A DNA stretch of 64,000 bases from Betaproteobacteria bacterium (GCA_031391405.1 JANMUI010000779.1:2127-66126); one strand, 5' to 3'. Shown: positions 16,299-26,529, counted from the stretch's first letter. Numbers and translations: made by a program. The notes: generated by a model from the sequence alone, not told the origin.

Positions 16299-17018
16299 CT
16301 ATGCGAGCCTTCCACTGTCGGGGAGATTGATCTCGTCGAGCCATGCGATGACTTCATCGAGGCTCTTCACGATGTGATCCGGCCGTGCCGATCCGGTCCA
16401 TTCGGCGCCGGAACGATTGACCCAGATTGCTTTGAGTCCGGCGGCTAGCGCACCCTCGACATCGAGCTCGGCATCGTCGCCGATATGCAGAACCTCACCC
16501 GGTTCGCAGCCGAGTCGTTCGCATGCCGCGTGAAACATCCGGATATCGGGTTTGCCGAAACCGAGCTCTGCCGCGGACAACGCGCCGACGAAATGCCGGC
16601 CAAGACCCGTGCGATGAATATCCGCGGTCCCGTTCGATAGCGCGAAGATCGGATACCGCGCACCGAGTGCAAGGAGAGCGGGCATCGCATCGTCGAACAA
16701 CTCGACCTCTTGTCGCGCGGCATCGAACACTGCATACGCTTGATGCGCTTTGGCCGGGTCATCGCCCACCGAAGTCAGTGCATGGGCAATGGCGGTGCGT
16801 CGAACATGCCCGATGTCGCTGCGACGATGGGGTGCCACTTGCGCGATGATCTGGTCGCGCAGGATTCGCATCGTAGCCGGTGGAAAACGCTCGGCAACCG
16901 CCGGTGCATGCGCGAGCATCCACGCCGTTAGTGCGGCTTCGGCTTTCGCGATGACCGGGCCGACCGGCCACAGCGTTTCGTCGAGATCAATGGTGATGGC
17001 GCGAAGGGTGGCGGTCAT
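16299..17018 (-). CDS. HAD-superfamily hydrolase
   Basis: ATG at 17018 overlaps the upstream stop (ATGA). Motif I is ITIDLDETLW; the later motif is HIGDDAELDVEGA. Confidence 0.8.
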   Translation of the reverse strand: MTATLRAITIDLDETLWPVGPVIAKAEAALTAWMLAHAPAVAERFPPATMRILRDQIIAQVAPHRRSDIGHVRRTAIAHALTSVGDDPAKAHQAYAVFDAARQEVELFDDAMPALLALGARYPIFALSNGTADIHRTGLGRHFVGALSAAELGFGKPDIRMFHAACERLGCEPGEVLHIGDDAELDVEGALAAGLKAIWVNRSGAEWTGSARPDHIVKSLDEVIAWLDEINLPDSGRLA

Positions 17019-17845
17019 GAACGTATTGTCGCAGGGTTGGACGGAACGGTAGCGATCCATCCCTCGATCGGATCGACATCCGGCGGGAAGCCGAAATGGT
17101 CGTGCCTGCGTGCGAGCGACCAGGCGGCCTGCAATGCCGCAAGCACGGCATCGAGGCGATCACCGCTCGGGTCGTGGATGAGCGTGGCGAGCAGGTTGCA
17201 GTCGGCCGCCATCCGAATGCCGAATGGTCCACCGTTATTGACCAGTTCCGAAACCATGCTCGCGCGCGCTTGGCGACGGGCAGGGGTCTGCCTGGCCCGC
17301 TCGTCCGACTTGTACGACTCGCGCGTCATGGCGCGCGCCGAAAATCCCGGATAGGCTTCGATCACGATTCGGTCGGGGTCGCCGTCGTGCACGCCGGGAA
17401 TCGAGACGCCGGCCGCGAGCAATCGAGGCGCCGCCTCCAGAAACATGAGCCCGACGGGCGGATTGACCAGCTTGAGCGGGCTATGCGAGCCGGCGGGATG
17501 ATCGGTTGCACGGTGCGCATAGCGCCGGCCGATCGGGCGACTTTCGCGATACCGGTCGAGCGCCGCGCGAAAGCCGGACCGGCCAAGCGATGCGCAGTGA
17601 CGCACCAGCGCCGGCCACTCGCCTGGCCAATCGAGATCGCGCACCGCTTCGCGCGGTAAGCCGAACGGTGCGTCGATGCCCGCAATCCACGGACCCGGCC
17701 GCGCGAGAATCTGTTCGAATGCCGCGAAGTCATCGGCGAGCTCGATCACATCGAGGGCGAATGAGTTGCCTTGCAGGTGACCCACGGCAATCGTGATGGG
17801 CTTAGTGCGCCGGGGCGCGGAGGTGAAATCCACGCCGAGCACCAT
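17015..17845 (-). CDS. DUF429-like protein (predicted RNase H-fold)
   Basis: ATG at 17845 (MVLGVDFTSAP); the ORF opens at a TTG at 17863. The family assignment is from overall pattern recall and has not been searched. Confidence 0.6.
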   Translation of the reverse strand: MVLGVDFTSAPRRTKPITIAVGHLQGNSFALDVIELADDFAAFEQILARPGPWIAGIDAPFGLPREAVRDLDWPGEWPALVRHCASLGRSGFRAALDRYRESRPIGRRYAHRATDHPAGSHSPLKLVNPPVGLMFLEAAPRLLAAGVSIPGVHDGDPDRIVIEAYPGFSARAMTRESYKSDERARQTPARRQARASMVSELVNNGGPFGIRMAADCNLLATLIHDPSGDRLDAVLAALQAAWSLARRHDHFGFPPDVDPIEGWIATVPSNPATIRS

Positions 17846-17905
17846 GAATGGCTGGTGCGGCAATGCCGGATACCGATCGAGGGCGAACCGAATCGGTTGC
17901 GCGAA

Positions 17906-18877
17906 TCAATCGATTTGGGCGCCGGACTCTTTAACGATCTTCGCCCATTTCGGCAATTCGTCTTTGACGAGCGCGGCGAACGCCTCTGGTGTATTGCTCA
18001 GCACTTCGGCGCCTTGCTGCGCGAGTTTGTCTTGGAGGTCACTCGCATTGAGCGCTTTGATCGTCTCGGCGTGAATGCGGGTGATGAGCGCCTTGGGTGT
18101 TCCGGCGGGAGCGAAGATGCCGTACCACGGCGTCGTCCCGAAGCCCGGTAGCGTCTCGCTCATCGCCGGTGCATCGGGCAGGAATCGGGTGCGCTTTTCA
18201 TTGGCCACGCCGATCAAGACAAGCTTGCCTGCCTTCACGAAAGAGATCACCGACGGCATACTTTGAAACGCGATCGGCACGCGGCCTGCCATCACGTCAG
18301 TGGCCGAGGCGGAGGCGCCCTTGTAAGGAATGTGCAGGAGATTGATGCCCGCCTGCGTCTTCAACATTTCCCCGAGCAGATGGTTCGGCGTGCCGTTGCC
18401 GGCAGACGCATAGGCAATCTCGCCCGGTTTGGCTTTCGCGAGTGCGATCAGCTCCTTCAATGTCTTGGCAGGAAACGACGGGTTGGCCACCAGTAAATAC
18501 GCGGACGTGGCGACCGGCGTGATGGCCTCGAAGTCCTTCACCGGATCGAAGCCCGGATTCTTGTAGAGCGCCGGGTTCACGGTGTGCGCACTGTTCACGG
18601 TGAGGAGCAGCGTGTAACCATCACGCGGCGCCCGCGCGACCAGCGCCGTACCGATATTGCCGCCCGCGCCGGGTCGATTCTCGATGACGAATTGCTGGCC
18701 GAGATTCTCGGTGAGCTTCTGCGCGATGATTCGCGCGATCGCATCATTGGCGCCACCCGGTGCCTGCGGAACAACGACGGTGACTGGTTTGATCGGGTAC
18801 TTGTCATCGGCGAGGGAGGGTGCGGCGAGCGACCCGAGCAGTGATGCACACAGAACGATTCGAAGCGAAATTCGCAT
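17906..18877 (-). CDS. Bug-family (TctC-like) tripartite tricarboxylate transporter substrate-binding protein
   Basis: ATG at 18877 gives the signal peptide MRISLRIVLCASLLGSLAAPSLA. Hallmark sequence VVPQAPGGANDAIARIIAQKLTENLGQQFVIENRPGAGGNIG. Confidence 0.9.
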   Translation of the reverse strand: MRISLRIVLCASLLGSLAAPSLADDKYPIKPVTVVVPQAPGGANDAIARIIAQKLTENLGQQFVIENRPGAGGNIGTALVARAPRDGYTLLLTVNSAHTVNPALYKNPGFDPVKDFEAITPVATSAYLLVANPSFPAKTLKELIALAKAKPGEIAYASAGNGTPNHLLGEMLKTQAGINLLHIPYKGASASATDVMAGRVPIAFQSMPSVISFVKAGKLVLIGVANEKRTRFLPDAPAMSETLPGFGTTPWYGIFAPAGTPKALITRIHAETIKALNASDLQDKLAQQGAEVLSNTPEAFAALVKDELPKWAKIVKESGAQID

Positions 18878-18920
18878 GCTGGTTATTTCCAAAAATTGTG
18901 AAGAGTAGAGATGGAACCAC

Positions 18921-19090
18921 AGAGGACGCAGTGGACGCAGGGGAAAAACGGGGAAAACGGTGAAGGGTGAAGGGTGAAGGGTGGAGGGAATTGGCGTTTC
19001 CCGTTTCTCCTTTCCCGTTTCCCTGCTTTCCGCTTCCGGTTTCTCGTTTCCCTGCTTTCCGCTTTCCGTTTCCCGTTCCGCCTTTCCTCT
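18921..19090. repeat. Strand-asymmetric low-complexity repeat block (purine-rich arm then pyrimidine-rich arm)
   Basis: ggacgcag occurs twice. gggaaaa(a)cg occurs twice. ggtgaag occurs three times plus ggtggag (18959..18986). The 19-nt cgtttccctgctttccgct occurs twice (19016..19034 and 19045..19063). The block is intergenic between the UbiD-family gene and the Bug-family gene. Confidence 0.75.
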
Positions 19091-19116
19091 ATGTCCCCTG
19101 CTTCCTCCGTGGCTCA

Positions 19117-20562
19117 TCAACCGGATTTCAGCCACGACATGCCATCGATCGGTTCGCTCGACAACGCGGCGCGATCCAACGTCACGGGATTGAATTGTGC
19201 CCTGGCGAAGCGACTTCCCTCCCCATACGGCACGGTCGCATCGATGCCGAGTTTTGCCCGAATGCCGTTGTTGCCGATCCGCACATACTCGTGACCACGC
19301 GCGCCCGGAACGAGCACCAGATCGCGCGATGCCTCCATGCGCGTGGCAAGTGCGTATTCAACGTCGAGCGGATTGCGAATATCGATATCGTCGTCGACCA
19401 CGGTCACCAGATCGAGATCCTTCAAGGTGGCGAACGCGACCATCATGGCGTTGCGCTGAAAGCCTTCATGCTGCGGGCTCGTTTTGCGGATGCTGATTAC
19501 GGCATGGAAGCGATGCAAGCCGCCGGCCGTCATTTCCACATCAAGCACGATCGGTACGGCAGCGTGAAGCGCCTTCAACAGACTTGCCTCCATGACGTAT
19601 TTGCGCAGCATCACCGTTTCGCGCCCGGTGCCGTTGATCGCGTGATAGATCGGCTGATTGCGATGGGTGAGGGCGGTGATGTCGAACACCGGCGCATCGC
19701 CCGCAGGCGATAGATAACCGATGAACTCGGCGAATGGGCCTTCCCGCACCTGGATGTCGGTGCGGATCACCCCTTCCAGCACGATTTCGGTGTCGGCGGG
19801 GACGAAGAGATCCTGGGTCAACGCCTTCACCACCGGGAGAGGGCGACCCGCCAGGGCACCGGCCACGGCAAGCTCGTCCGCACTTTCGGGCATCTGTGCG
19901 CCCATCGTTCCTGCTGTGTAGTGCAAGCCGATATCGGTGCCGATACATACGACGATCGGCAGCGGTTGGGCCTTCTTGGCGGCGCGTTCGTAGGCGATCC
20001 GCAGATGCCGCCCATAGTCGAGCTTGATCGCCGTGCGACGCGGGCCGATGAGCTGCAGGCGGTGATAGGAGGCGTTGTAGACGCCGGTTTCGGGGTCGCG
20101 CACGATCACGATGCCGGCGGTGATGAATCGCCCGCTATCGGCTTCGGTGTGACGCATCACCGGCAGCACGCGGCCGATATCGAAATCGTCGCGATGAACA
20201 TTCTCCTGCGCCGGCCCGTCGGCAACCAGCACCGGTGGCAGCGGCGTGTCGAGCGCGCGTGAAAACAGTTGGCGGATGCCGCGATAGTCGATGCCGAACG
20301 CAGCCTCGCAGTTCGCCTGGCTCGCAAGGAAATTTCCGAAGACGGGCATCGAAAATCCGTCGACATCGGGGAACAGGAGTGCGGGTCCGCCATCCAGTCT
20401 GGACATCAACGAGGCAATCTCGAATTCTGTGTTGACGCGCCGCCGGTACGCCTGGATCCGGCCGGCCGCCTGCATGCGCTTCAGCGCGGAACGGAATCGT
20501 GTATCAATGATCGGCGTGCCGTCCGGCCGCGCCGTCATTAGGCTTTCGTCGACGACTCGCAT
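19117..20562 (-). CDS. UbiD-family (prFMN-dependent) decarboxylase
   Basis: ATG at 20562 (MRVVDESL). Family-typical blocks include PALLFPDVDGF, RFITAGIVIVRDPETGVYNASYHRLQ, EGPFAEFIGY and VVDDDIDIRNPLDVEYALATR. Confidence 0.85.
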   Translation of the reverse strand: MRVVDESLMTARPDGTPIIDTRFRSALKRMQAAGRIQAYRRRVNTEFEIASLMSRLDGGPALLFPDVDGFSMPVFGNFLASQANCEAAFGIDYRGIRQLFSRALDTPLPPVLVADGPAQENVHRDDFDIGRVLPVMRHTEADSGRFITAGIVIVRDPETGVYNASYHRLQLIGPRRTAIKLDYGRHLRIAYERAAKKAQPLPIVVCIGTDIGLHYTAGTMGAQMPESADELAVAGALAGRPLPVVKALTQDLFVPADTEIVLEGVIRTDIQVREGPFAEFIGYLSPAGDAPVFDITALTHRNQPIYHAINGTGRETVMLRKYVMEASLLKALHAAVPIVLDVEMTAGGLHRFHAVISIRKTSPQHEGFQRNAMMVAFATLKDLDLVTVVDDDIDIRNPLDVEYALATRMEASRDLVLVPGARGHEYVRIGNNGIRAKLGIDATVPYGEGSRFARAQFNPVTLDRAALSSEPIDGMSWLKSG

Positions 20563-20773
20563 AAACTCTCCACTGTAGGAACCTGCGCGGCGGACCGCAC
20601 AGGTTCCTGACGGCTGGCGCTGCATGGCGCAATTAGCGTGAACACCGCAGACTATGATGCCAAGATGATGCCAAGGCAACTTGCCTCGGCAAGCAATGGT
20701 TCAACCAAATAAAATCGCGTCAGCTTATAGGATTCTGCGCGGTCCGCCGCGCAGAATCCTCGGAGTTTCCATC

Positions 20774-22237
20774 ATGCTCAGGTCAGGTGCTGAACATCTC
20801 GAGCGGCTGCGGGATGGCCGCATCGTATACATCGGTGCAGAACGCGTTACGGACGTGACCACGCATCCGGCCTTTCGCAATGCCGCGCGCTCGATTGCCG
20901 ACATCTACGACATGAAGGCGGATCCGGCCAATCGCGATGTCATGACCTTCACCGAAGGCGACAAGCGCTACAGCGGATACTTCCTCCGCGCCCGCACGAA
21001 AGACGATCTTGCAAGGCGAACTGCGATCCATCGACGCATTGCCGATCTGAGTTACGGCATGTTCGGGCGCTCGCCGGACCATGTCGCGAGCTTCGTGACC
21101 GGCATGTCGACCAACGCCGACGTGTTTGGCCGGTACGCCGGCAACCTGTTGAAGTATTACAAATACATGCGCGAGAACGATACCTACGCGTGTTATGCAG
21201 TGATCCCGCCGCAGGCCGCGCGCAATCCGGAGTTCTATCAACGCCAGAACATCCCGATTCCGACTCTGCGCGTGGTGCGGGAGGACGATGACGGCATCGT
21301 GGTCTCGGGCATGAAGATGCTGGCGACCGGTGCGGTGTTGGCCGATGAAATATGGGTGGGCAACCTGATTCCGCTCGCACCGACCCAGCTCGCCGAATCG
21401 GTCACCTGCGCGGTGCCGTGCAACGCCAAGGGCCTCACCCTGTGGTCGAGGAAGCCGCTCGAACGATCGGCCGAGAGCGAGTTCGAGAGTCCGCTCACCT
21501 ATCGTTTCGATGAAACCGATTCGATGGTGATGTGCGACAACGTCAAGGTCCCGTGGGAGCGGGTGTTCGTGCATAACGATGCGGTGCTCGCGCGCGATAT
21601 CTATATCAAGACCCCCGCGCACTGCTATGGCAACCATCAATCGAACGTGCGTTTCCATTCGAAGATGCAACTGATCGTTGGCCTGGCGAGCAAGGTGACG
21701 CAGGCGTCGGGCGCCGATCAGGTACCCGCAGTGCGCGAGACGCTCGGTCGGCTCGCAGCGCTCGAGGCGATGCTCGGATCGTGCATAGCCGGCCAGATTC
21801 AGGACGCGGAAGCGTGGCCCGACGGATTCAAGACTTTCAATCGACGCTACATGTACGCGGGGCTCAATTTTTGCACCGAAGGTCATTCGGCGCTGATCGA
21901 TTGTTTGCGGGAGCTCTGCGGCGGAGGCGTATTTCAGATGCCGGCGGACATCACCGTCATGCACGATGAAGCGCTGCGTGCCGACTTCGAAAAATTCTGG
22001 CAGACCCCGCAGATGGGCGCGGTCGATCGCATGAAGCTTTTCAAGCTGGCATGGGACCTCGTCGGGTCGGAGTTCGCGGGCCGCCATCAGCAATACGAGA
22101 AGTTCTACGCGGGGGCCTCGTTCATCATCCGCAATCACAGCTTTCGCGAGGCGCCGTGGGAGCACTACCACAAGGTCGTCGACGATCTGCTCGCAAGCTA
22201 CGATGTGCCCGCGCCGGACGAAGTGCGGCGGCGCTAG
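20774..22237 (+). CDS. HpaB-family flavin-dependent aromatic monooxygenase (4-hydroxyphenylacetate 3-hydroxylase family oxygenase component)
   Basis: ATG at 20774. N-terminus is GAEHLERLRDGRIVYIGAERVTDVTTHPAFRN, and length and overall pattern fit the family. Confidence 0.85.
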   Translation: MLRSGAEHLERLRDGRIVYIGAERVTDVTTHPAFRNAARSIADIYDMKADPANRDVMTFTEGDKRYSGYFLRARTKDDLARRTAIHRRIADLSYGMFGRSPDHVASFVTGMSTNADVFGRYAGNLLKYYKYMRENDTYACYAVIPPQAARNPEFYQRQNIPIPTLRVVREDDDGIVVSGMKMLATGAVLADEIWVGNLIPLAPTQLAESVTCAVPCNAKGLTLWSRKPLERSAESEFESPLTYRFDETDSMVMCDNVKVPWERVFVHNDAVLARDIYIKTPAHCYGNHQSNVRFHSKMQLIVGLASKVTQASGADQVPAVRETLGRLAALEAMLGSCIAGQIQDAEAWPDGFKTFNRRYMYAGLNFCTEGHSALIDCLRELCGGGVFQMPADITVMHDEALRADFEKFWQTPQMGAVDRMKLFKLAWDLVGSEFAGRHQQYEKFYAGASFIIRNHSFREAPWEHYHKVVDDLLASYDVPAPDEVRRR

Positions 22238-22248
22238 GCATTGAATCC

Positions 22249-23022
22249 ATGCTGAGCAAGCTCGCGGCAATGATCGTCGCAATGTCGATCGCGCTGTGTT
22301 GGTGGGCCGCCTCCCCGGTGCAGGCGCAGCAGACCAAGCCCGATCCGTCCGCGGCGAATCTGCCGGCTGGAGTGTTCCCGAACGAACGCATCGTGGTCGG
22401 CGGCCTTGCGCGGCTGTTCCGGCTTGTCGTGCCGAGTGCGGTCAACGGGGGCAAGGCAGTTCCCCTGGTCTTCGCCTTTCACGGACTCGGTGATACCAAG
22501 GATCGCTTCGCCCAGTATTCGCGATTGGACGAGCTCGCCCAGAAACAAGGCTTCGTGCTCGCGTATCCGAACGCCCGCGCGCTGTTCTGGCCGCTCACCG
22601 GCGAGTGGGCGCGCGACGATCTTGCCTTCTTCGATGCGCTTTATGCGCAGCTCACGCTTGGCTACAACATCGATCCGAATCGGGTATTTCTGATCGGCAA
22701 TTCCAACGGTGCCTACTTCAGCCACTTGTTAGCCATGCAACGGGCGGATCGGATCGCCGCCATCGCGGTGCATTCGGGCGGGCTAGGCGTGGTTGTCCCG
22801 GGATCGGGTCAGGCGGCGCATCGGTACGCGGTCTTCGCGGTGCATGGTGCCGTCGATCCGGTTGTGCCGGTGAGCGAGAGTCGCAGGGTGCGCGATGCGT
22901 ATCAAAGCGCCGGGCATGTCGTGGAATATCTCGAGATCGCCGGACACGATCACCGCTGGGCCGGCCACATGGACGTTAATACGCGAATGTGGACGTTTCT
23001 ATCGGCGCATCCTCGACCTTGA
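22249..23022 (+). CDS. Secreted alpha/beta-hydrolase esterase (PHB-depolymerase/LpqC-like family)
   Basis: ATG at 22249 gives the signal peptide MLSKLAAMIVAMSIALCWWAASPVQA. PLVFAFHGLGD is present, as is the nucleophile elbow GNSNG. Confidence 0.75.
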   Translation: MLSKLAAMIVAMSIALCWWAASPVQAQQTKPDPSAANLPAGVFPNERIVVGGLARLFRLVVPSAVNGGKAVPLVFAFHGLGDTKDRFAQYSRLDELAQKQGFVLAYPNARALFWPLTGEWARDDLAFFDALYAQLTLGYNIDPNRVFLIGNSNGAYFSHLLAMQRADRIAAIAVHSGGLGVVVPGSGQAAHRYAVFAVHGAVDPVVPVSESRRVRDAYQSAGHVVEYLEIAGHDHRWAGHMDVNTRMWTFLSAHPRP

Positions 23023-23593
23023 GCGCTTCGCCCGAGACCATCGATTCCTTGAACCAGCGCTCGAATTCCCGCAGCCGCGCGGTAGGACGCAGCGCGAGGC
23101 GTTGGTAGTTGTCGCATGCGCGGACCAGCATCCAGAGGCCTGCGTCGTCGAGGTCCGCGGTCAGCATCGCGGGTGATTGGCCGATGCTGTCCTGGGATTG
23201 CAGATGCGATCTGTTCTTTTCGCTGATGAACGCATGCCATGCGGACCCATTCCGAGCGATGAAGTCCTGCACGATTGCGACGGTGCAATGATCGTCGTCG
23301 ATGCTGGCCGTGTCGCCACGCGCGACGAGGACCTTGGCGAGCATCTCCTCGGCAGCGCGAGCCAGTATGAGGACAGCGGTTGCGCTTCGTCCGGCCAAAA
23401 ACAGCTCGACTGCGACATCGAGCTGTTCGCAGGCGAGGTGGAGCCTCTGATGAGTCTGCTGGGGCACGAGCCTGTCTCCCTTGGAAGTGAGCGCGTCGCC
23501 GTGGCAGACGACGCATGGGAGCAATAGTGCGATCGGCGGGTCTTCGGCGAGACGATCGCCTCGGATGCTAGGACCGGCGCAGATCCATTGCAA
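22976..23593 (-). CDS. Hypothetical all-alpha protein
   Basis: This frame has consistently G/C-rich third codon positions, for example across LARAAEEMLAKVLVARGDTASIDDD. Competing frames are Arg-rich artefacts. The start is uncertain because the ORF opens at TTG 23593. The 3' end overlaps the convergent esterase gene by 47 nt. Confidence 0.5.
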   Translation of the reverse strand: MQWICAGPSIRGDRLAEDPPIALLLPCVVCHGDALTSKGDRLVPQQTHQRLHLACEQLDVAVELFLAGRSATAVLILARAAEEMLAKVLVARGDTASIDDDHCTVAIVQDFIARNGSAWHAFISEKNRSHLQSQDSIGQSPAMLTADLDDAGLWMLVRACDNYQRLALRPTARLREFERWFKESMVSGEALKVEDAPIETSTFAY

Positions 23594-23675
23594 TCAGCTT
23601 CCTGTAACAAACCGATCGGCGGTAGCCGTGAGCCCGACCAATGGTAACCAATGGTGGACCAGCGGCGCCGCTGGA

Positions 23676-25502
23676 CTACGCCTCGGTTTCCACCGTTCGG
23701 GCGGCGCGTTTGCGCTCATGCGCCAGCAGATGGCGTTTGCGCATGCGAATCGACTTTGGTGTCACTTCGACCAGTTCGTCGTCCTGGATGAACTCCACCG
23801 CGTATTCGAGCGTGATCTGCACCGGCGGGATGAGGACGATGTGCTCGTCTTTGCCCGAGGCGCGCACGTTGGTGAGCTTTTTCTCTTTGATCGGATTGAC
23901 GACGAGATCGCTGTCACGGCTATGGATGCCGACGAGCATCCCTTCATAGAGTCGCTCGCCGGGTGCTACGAACAGGCGACCACGATCCTGCAGGAACCAG
24001 AGCGCATAAGCGACCGCGTCGCCTTGAATCGCCGAGACCAGCACGCCGTTCGTGCGGCCCGGGATGTCGCCCTTCCACTGGCCGTAATCCTCGAACAGAT
24101 GGCTCATGACGCCGGTGCCGCGGGTGGCGTTGAGGAATTCGTTCTGAAAGCCGATCAGGCCGCGAGCAGGGATGCGATAGTCGAGGCGCACGCGCCCTTT
24201 GCCGTCCGGGACCATGTCGACCAGATCACCACGCCGCCAGCCAAGCGATTCCATGACCGCCCCCTGATGCGGCTGCTCGACATCGAGCGTGAGCAATTCG
24301 TAGGGCTCGCACAACACGCCGTTGATGGTGCGGGTGATGACGCGCGGGCGACCCACCGCGAGCTCATAGCCTTCGCGGCGCATGCTCTCGATGAGGATCG
24401 TGAGATGGAGCTCGCCGCGTCCTGAGACCATGAAGACGTCGGCATCCGCGGTTTCTTCGACGCGAAGCGCCACATTCGTGTGCAGCTCGCGGTTAAGACG
24501 TTCGCGAATCTGCCGGCTGGTGACGAACTTGCCTTCGCTGCCCGCATAGGGCGAGCTGTTGACCTGAAAACTCATCGTCAAGGTCGGCTCGTCGACCGCG
24601 AGCGGTGGCAGGCCCTCCTGGGCGTCGACGGCGCAAATCGTGTTGCCGATTTCGATGCCTTCGATTCCGGTGACCAGCACGATGTCGCCGGCCGCGGCCT
24701 CGTCGATGGTCGCGCGCTCCAGGCCTTTCATCGCATACACGAGGCCGATCCGCGCTTTGCTGAGAAGTTTTTCGCCCTGCATGACCGCGACATCGGACCC
24801 GGGACGGATGCGCCCGCGACGAATGCGGCCCACCGCGATACGTCCGACATAGCTCGAATAATTCAACGCGCTCACCTGCAATTGCAGGGGTCCATCGATG
24901 CCTTCATCGGTGGGTGCGGGAACGCGCGCAAGGATCGTGTCGAGCAGCGCCTTCATGTCCGGTTCGCGGGTATCGGGCCTGTTGGAAGCCCAGCCTTCGA
25001 GGGCGGAGGCGTACACCACCGGAAAATCGAGCTGATGCTCAGTCGCGCCAAGGTTGTCGAACAGATCGAAGGTCTTGTTGATCACCCAGTCGGATCGGGC
25101 GTTGAGGCGATCGACCTTGTTGATGACGACGATCGGCGCGAGGCCCTGCGCCAGGGCTTTCTTGGTCACGAAGCGTGTCTGCGGCATCGGACCTTCGACC
25201 GCATCGACCAGCAGCAACACGCCATCGACCATGCCGAGCACGCGCTCGACTTCGCCACCGAAATCGCGATGGCCTGGTGTGTCGACGATGTTGATGCGAA
25301 CGCCGGCATGGTCGATCGCGCAGTTCTTCGCGAGAATGGTGATGCCGCGTTCGCGTTCCAGATCGTTCGAATCCATCACGCGTTCGACGACGCGTTCATG
25401 GGCGGCAAAGGTGCCGGTCTGTTGCAGGAGCTTGTCGACCAGTGTGGTCTTGCCATGATCAACATGCGCGATGATGGCGATATTACGGATGAGGCGAGGC
25501 AT
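23676..25502 (-). CDS. typA: Translational GTPase TypA/BipA
   Basis: ATG at 25502. N-terminus is [22 protein letters not shown], with [14 protein letters not shown] and NKVD; the protein is ~608 aa. Confidence 0.95.
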   Translation of the reverse strand: MPRLIRNIAIIAHVDHGKTTLVDKLLQQTGTFAAHERVVERVMDSNDLERERGITILAKNCAIDHAGVRINIVDTPGHRDFGGEVERVLGMVDGVLLLVDAVEGPMPQTRFVTKKALAQGLAPIVVINKVDRLNARSDWVINKTFDLFDNLGATEHQLDFPVVYASALEGWASNRPDTREPDMKALLDTILARVPAPTDEGIDGPLQLQVSALNYSSYVGRIAVGRIRRGRIRPGSDVAVMQGEKLLSKARIGLVYAMKGLERATIDEAAAGDIVLVTGIEGIEIGNTICAVDAQEGLPPLAVDEPTLTMSFQVNSSPYAGSEGKFVTSRQIRERLNRELHTNVALRVEETADADVFMVSGRGELHLTILIESMRREGYELAVGRPRVITRTINGVLCEPYELLTLDVEQPHQGAVMESLGWRRGDLVDMVPDGKGRVRLDYRIPARGLIGFQNEFLNATRGTGVMSHLFEDYGQWKGDIPGRTNGVLVSAIQGDAVAYALWFLQDRGRLFVAPGERLYEGMLVGIHSRDSDLVVNPIKEKKLTNVRASGKDEHIVLIPPVQITLEYAVEFIQDDELVEVTPKSIRMRKRHLLAHERKRAARTVETEA

Positions 25503-25698
25503 ACGAGACCCGGAAGGCGATGGAATCCAAAGGACCTCGATGGAATGCGGCAGGCATACTGCGAGGGAGGCCGGCATTATACGGACGGGAGCCCCGGAAT
25601 AGCACCGAAAAAAGGAATCCGGACGAAAATACTTCCGATTCGGCGGGTTCGTCCCAATATCGCAGCTTTCCCTCCCGTTTTTCTTCTTCGAGTACGCC

Positions 25699-26529
25699 AT
25701 GCAATCAATGCCGAGCCTTTTCCTTTCCCACGGCGCGCCGACGACGGCGATCGATCCGGGTCCCACCGGTGCGATGTTCGCGCGCTTAGGTGAGCGCCTG
25801 CGAAGACCGCAAGCGATTGTCATCGTGTCGGCGCACCACATGACCGCGGTGCCGGAAGTGGGAACGGCTCCAACGCCTGACACCATCTACGACTTTTCGG
25901 GGTTTCCACCGGCGCTCTATCAGATCAAGTATCCGGCGGTGGGTGCCGCGGATCTGGGTGAGCGCGTCGCAGGCCTGCTCCGTGACGCCGACATCGATGT
26001 ACGGATCAATTCGAAGCGGGGGCTCGATCACGGCGCCTGGGTGCCGCTCCTTCATATGTTTCCCGACGCGGATATTCCGGTTGTGCCGCTATCGATCCAG
26101 CCGCAGATGGATGCGCGTCACCACTTCGCGGTCGGCCGTGCGATCGCATCGCTGCGGGACGAAGGTGTCCTCGTGGTCGGCTCCGGAAATCTCACCCACA
26201 ACTTGCGCGACATTCAACGCTGGGAGCGCGATGCGGGGACTACCCCTTACGTTACCGCGTTCCAGACCTGGTTCGCTGACCACTTGGCCGCGCGTGATAT
26301 CGATGCCTTGCTCGAGTGGCAGGTTCATGCACCGCATGCGGCGCGAGCGCACCCGACCGACGATCACCTTTTGCCGATCTTCGTTGCGCTTGGCGCGGCA
26401 GGCGCCTCGACTGCAACGCTACGCTTGCACGACGATGTGACCTACGGCGTGCTCGCGATGGATGCGTTTGCGTTTGGCGATGCGGGGGCAAACTTCGAAG
26501 GGCTAGCGATCTCCGCGGCGGACGGCTAA
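25699..26529 (+). CDS. Class III extradiol dioxygenase (YgiD / 4,5-DOPA dioxygenase-like)
   Basis: N-terminus is MPSLFLSHGAPT, followed by IVSAHH, LDHGAWVPL and GSGNLTHNL. Confidence 0.85.
   Translation: MQSMPSLFLSHGAPTTAIDPGPTGAMFARLGERLRRPQAIVIVSAHHMTAVPEVGTAPTPDTIYDFSGFPPALYQIKYPAVGAADLGERVAGLLRDADIDVRINSKRGLDHGAWVPLLHMFPDADIPVVPLSIQPQMDARHHFAVGRAIASLRDEGVLVVGSGNLTHNLRDIQRWERDAGTTPYVTAFQTWFADHLAARDIDALLEWQVHAPHAARAHPTDDHLLPIFVALGAAGASTATLRLHDDVTYGVLAMDAFAFGDAGANFEGLAISAADG

Noticed and set aside
18967-19713. Three plus-strand ORFs reading through the low-complexity block (Phe/Pro-rich peptides).
   Set aside because: The reading frames are created by the C/T-rich repeats, and all three frames are open, which is a repeat artefact. 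Downstream they run antisense to the UbiD-family gene.
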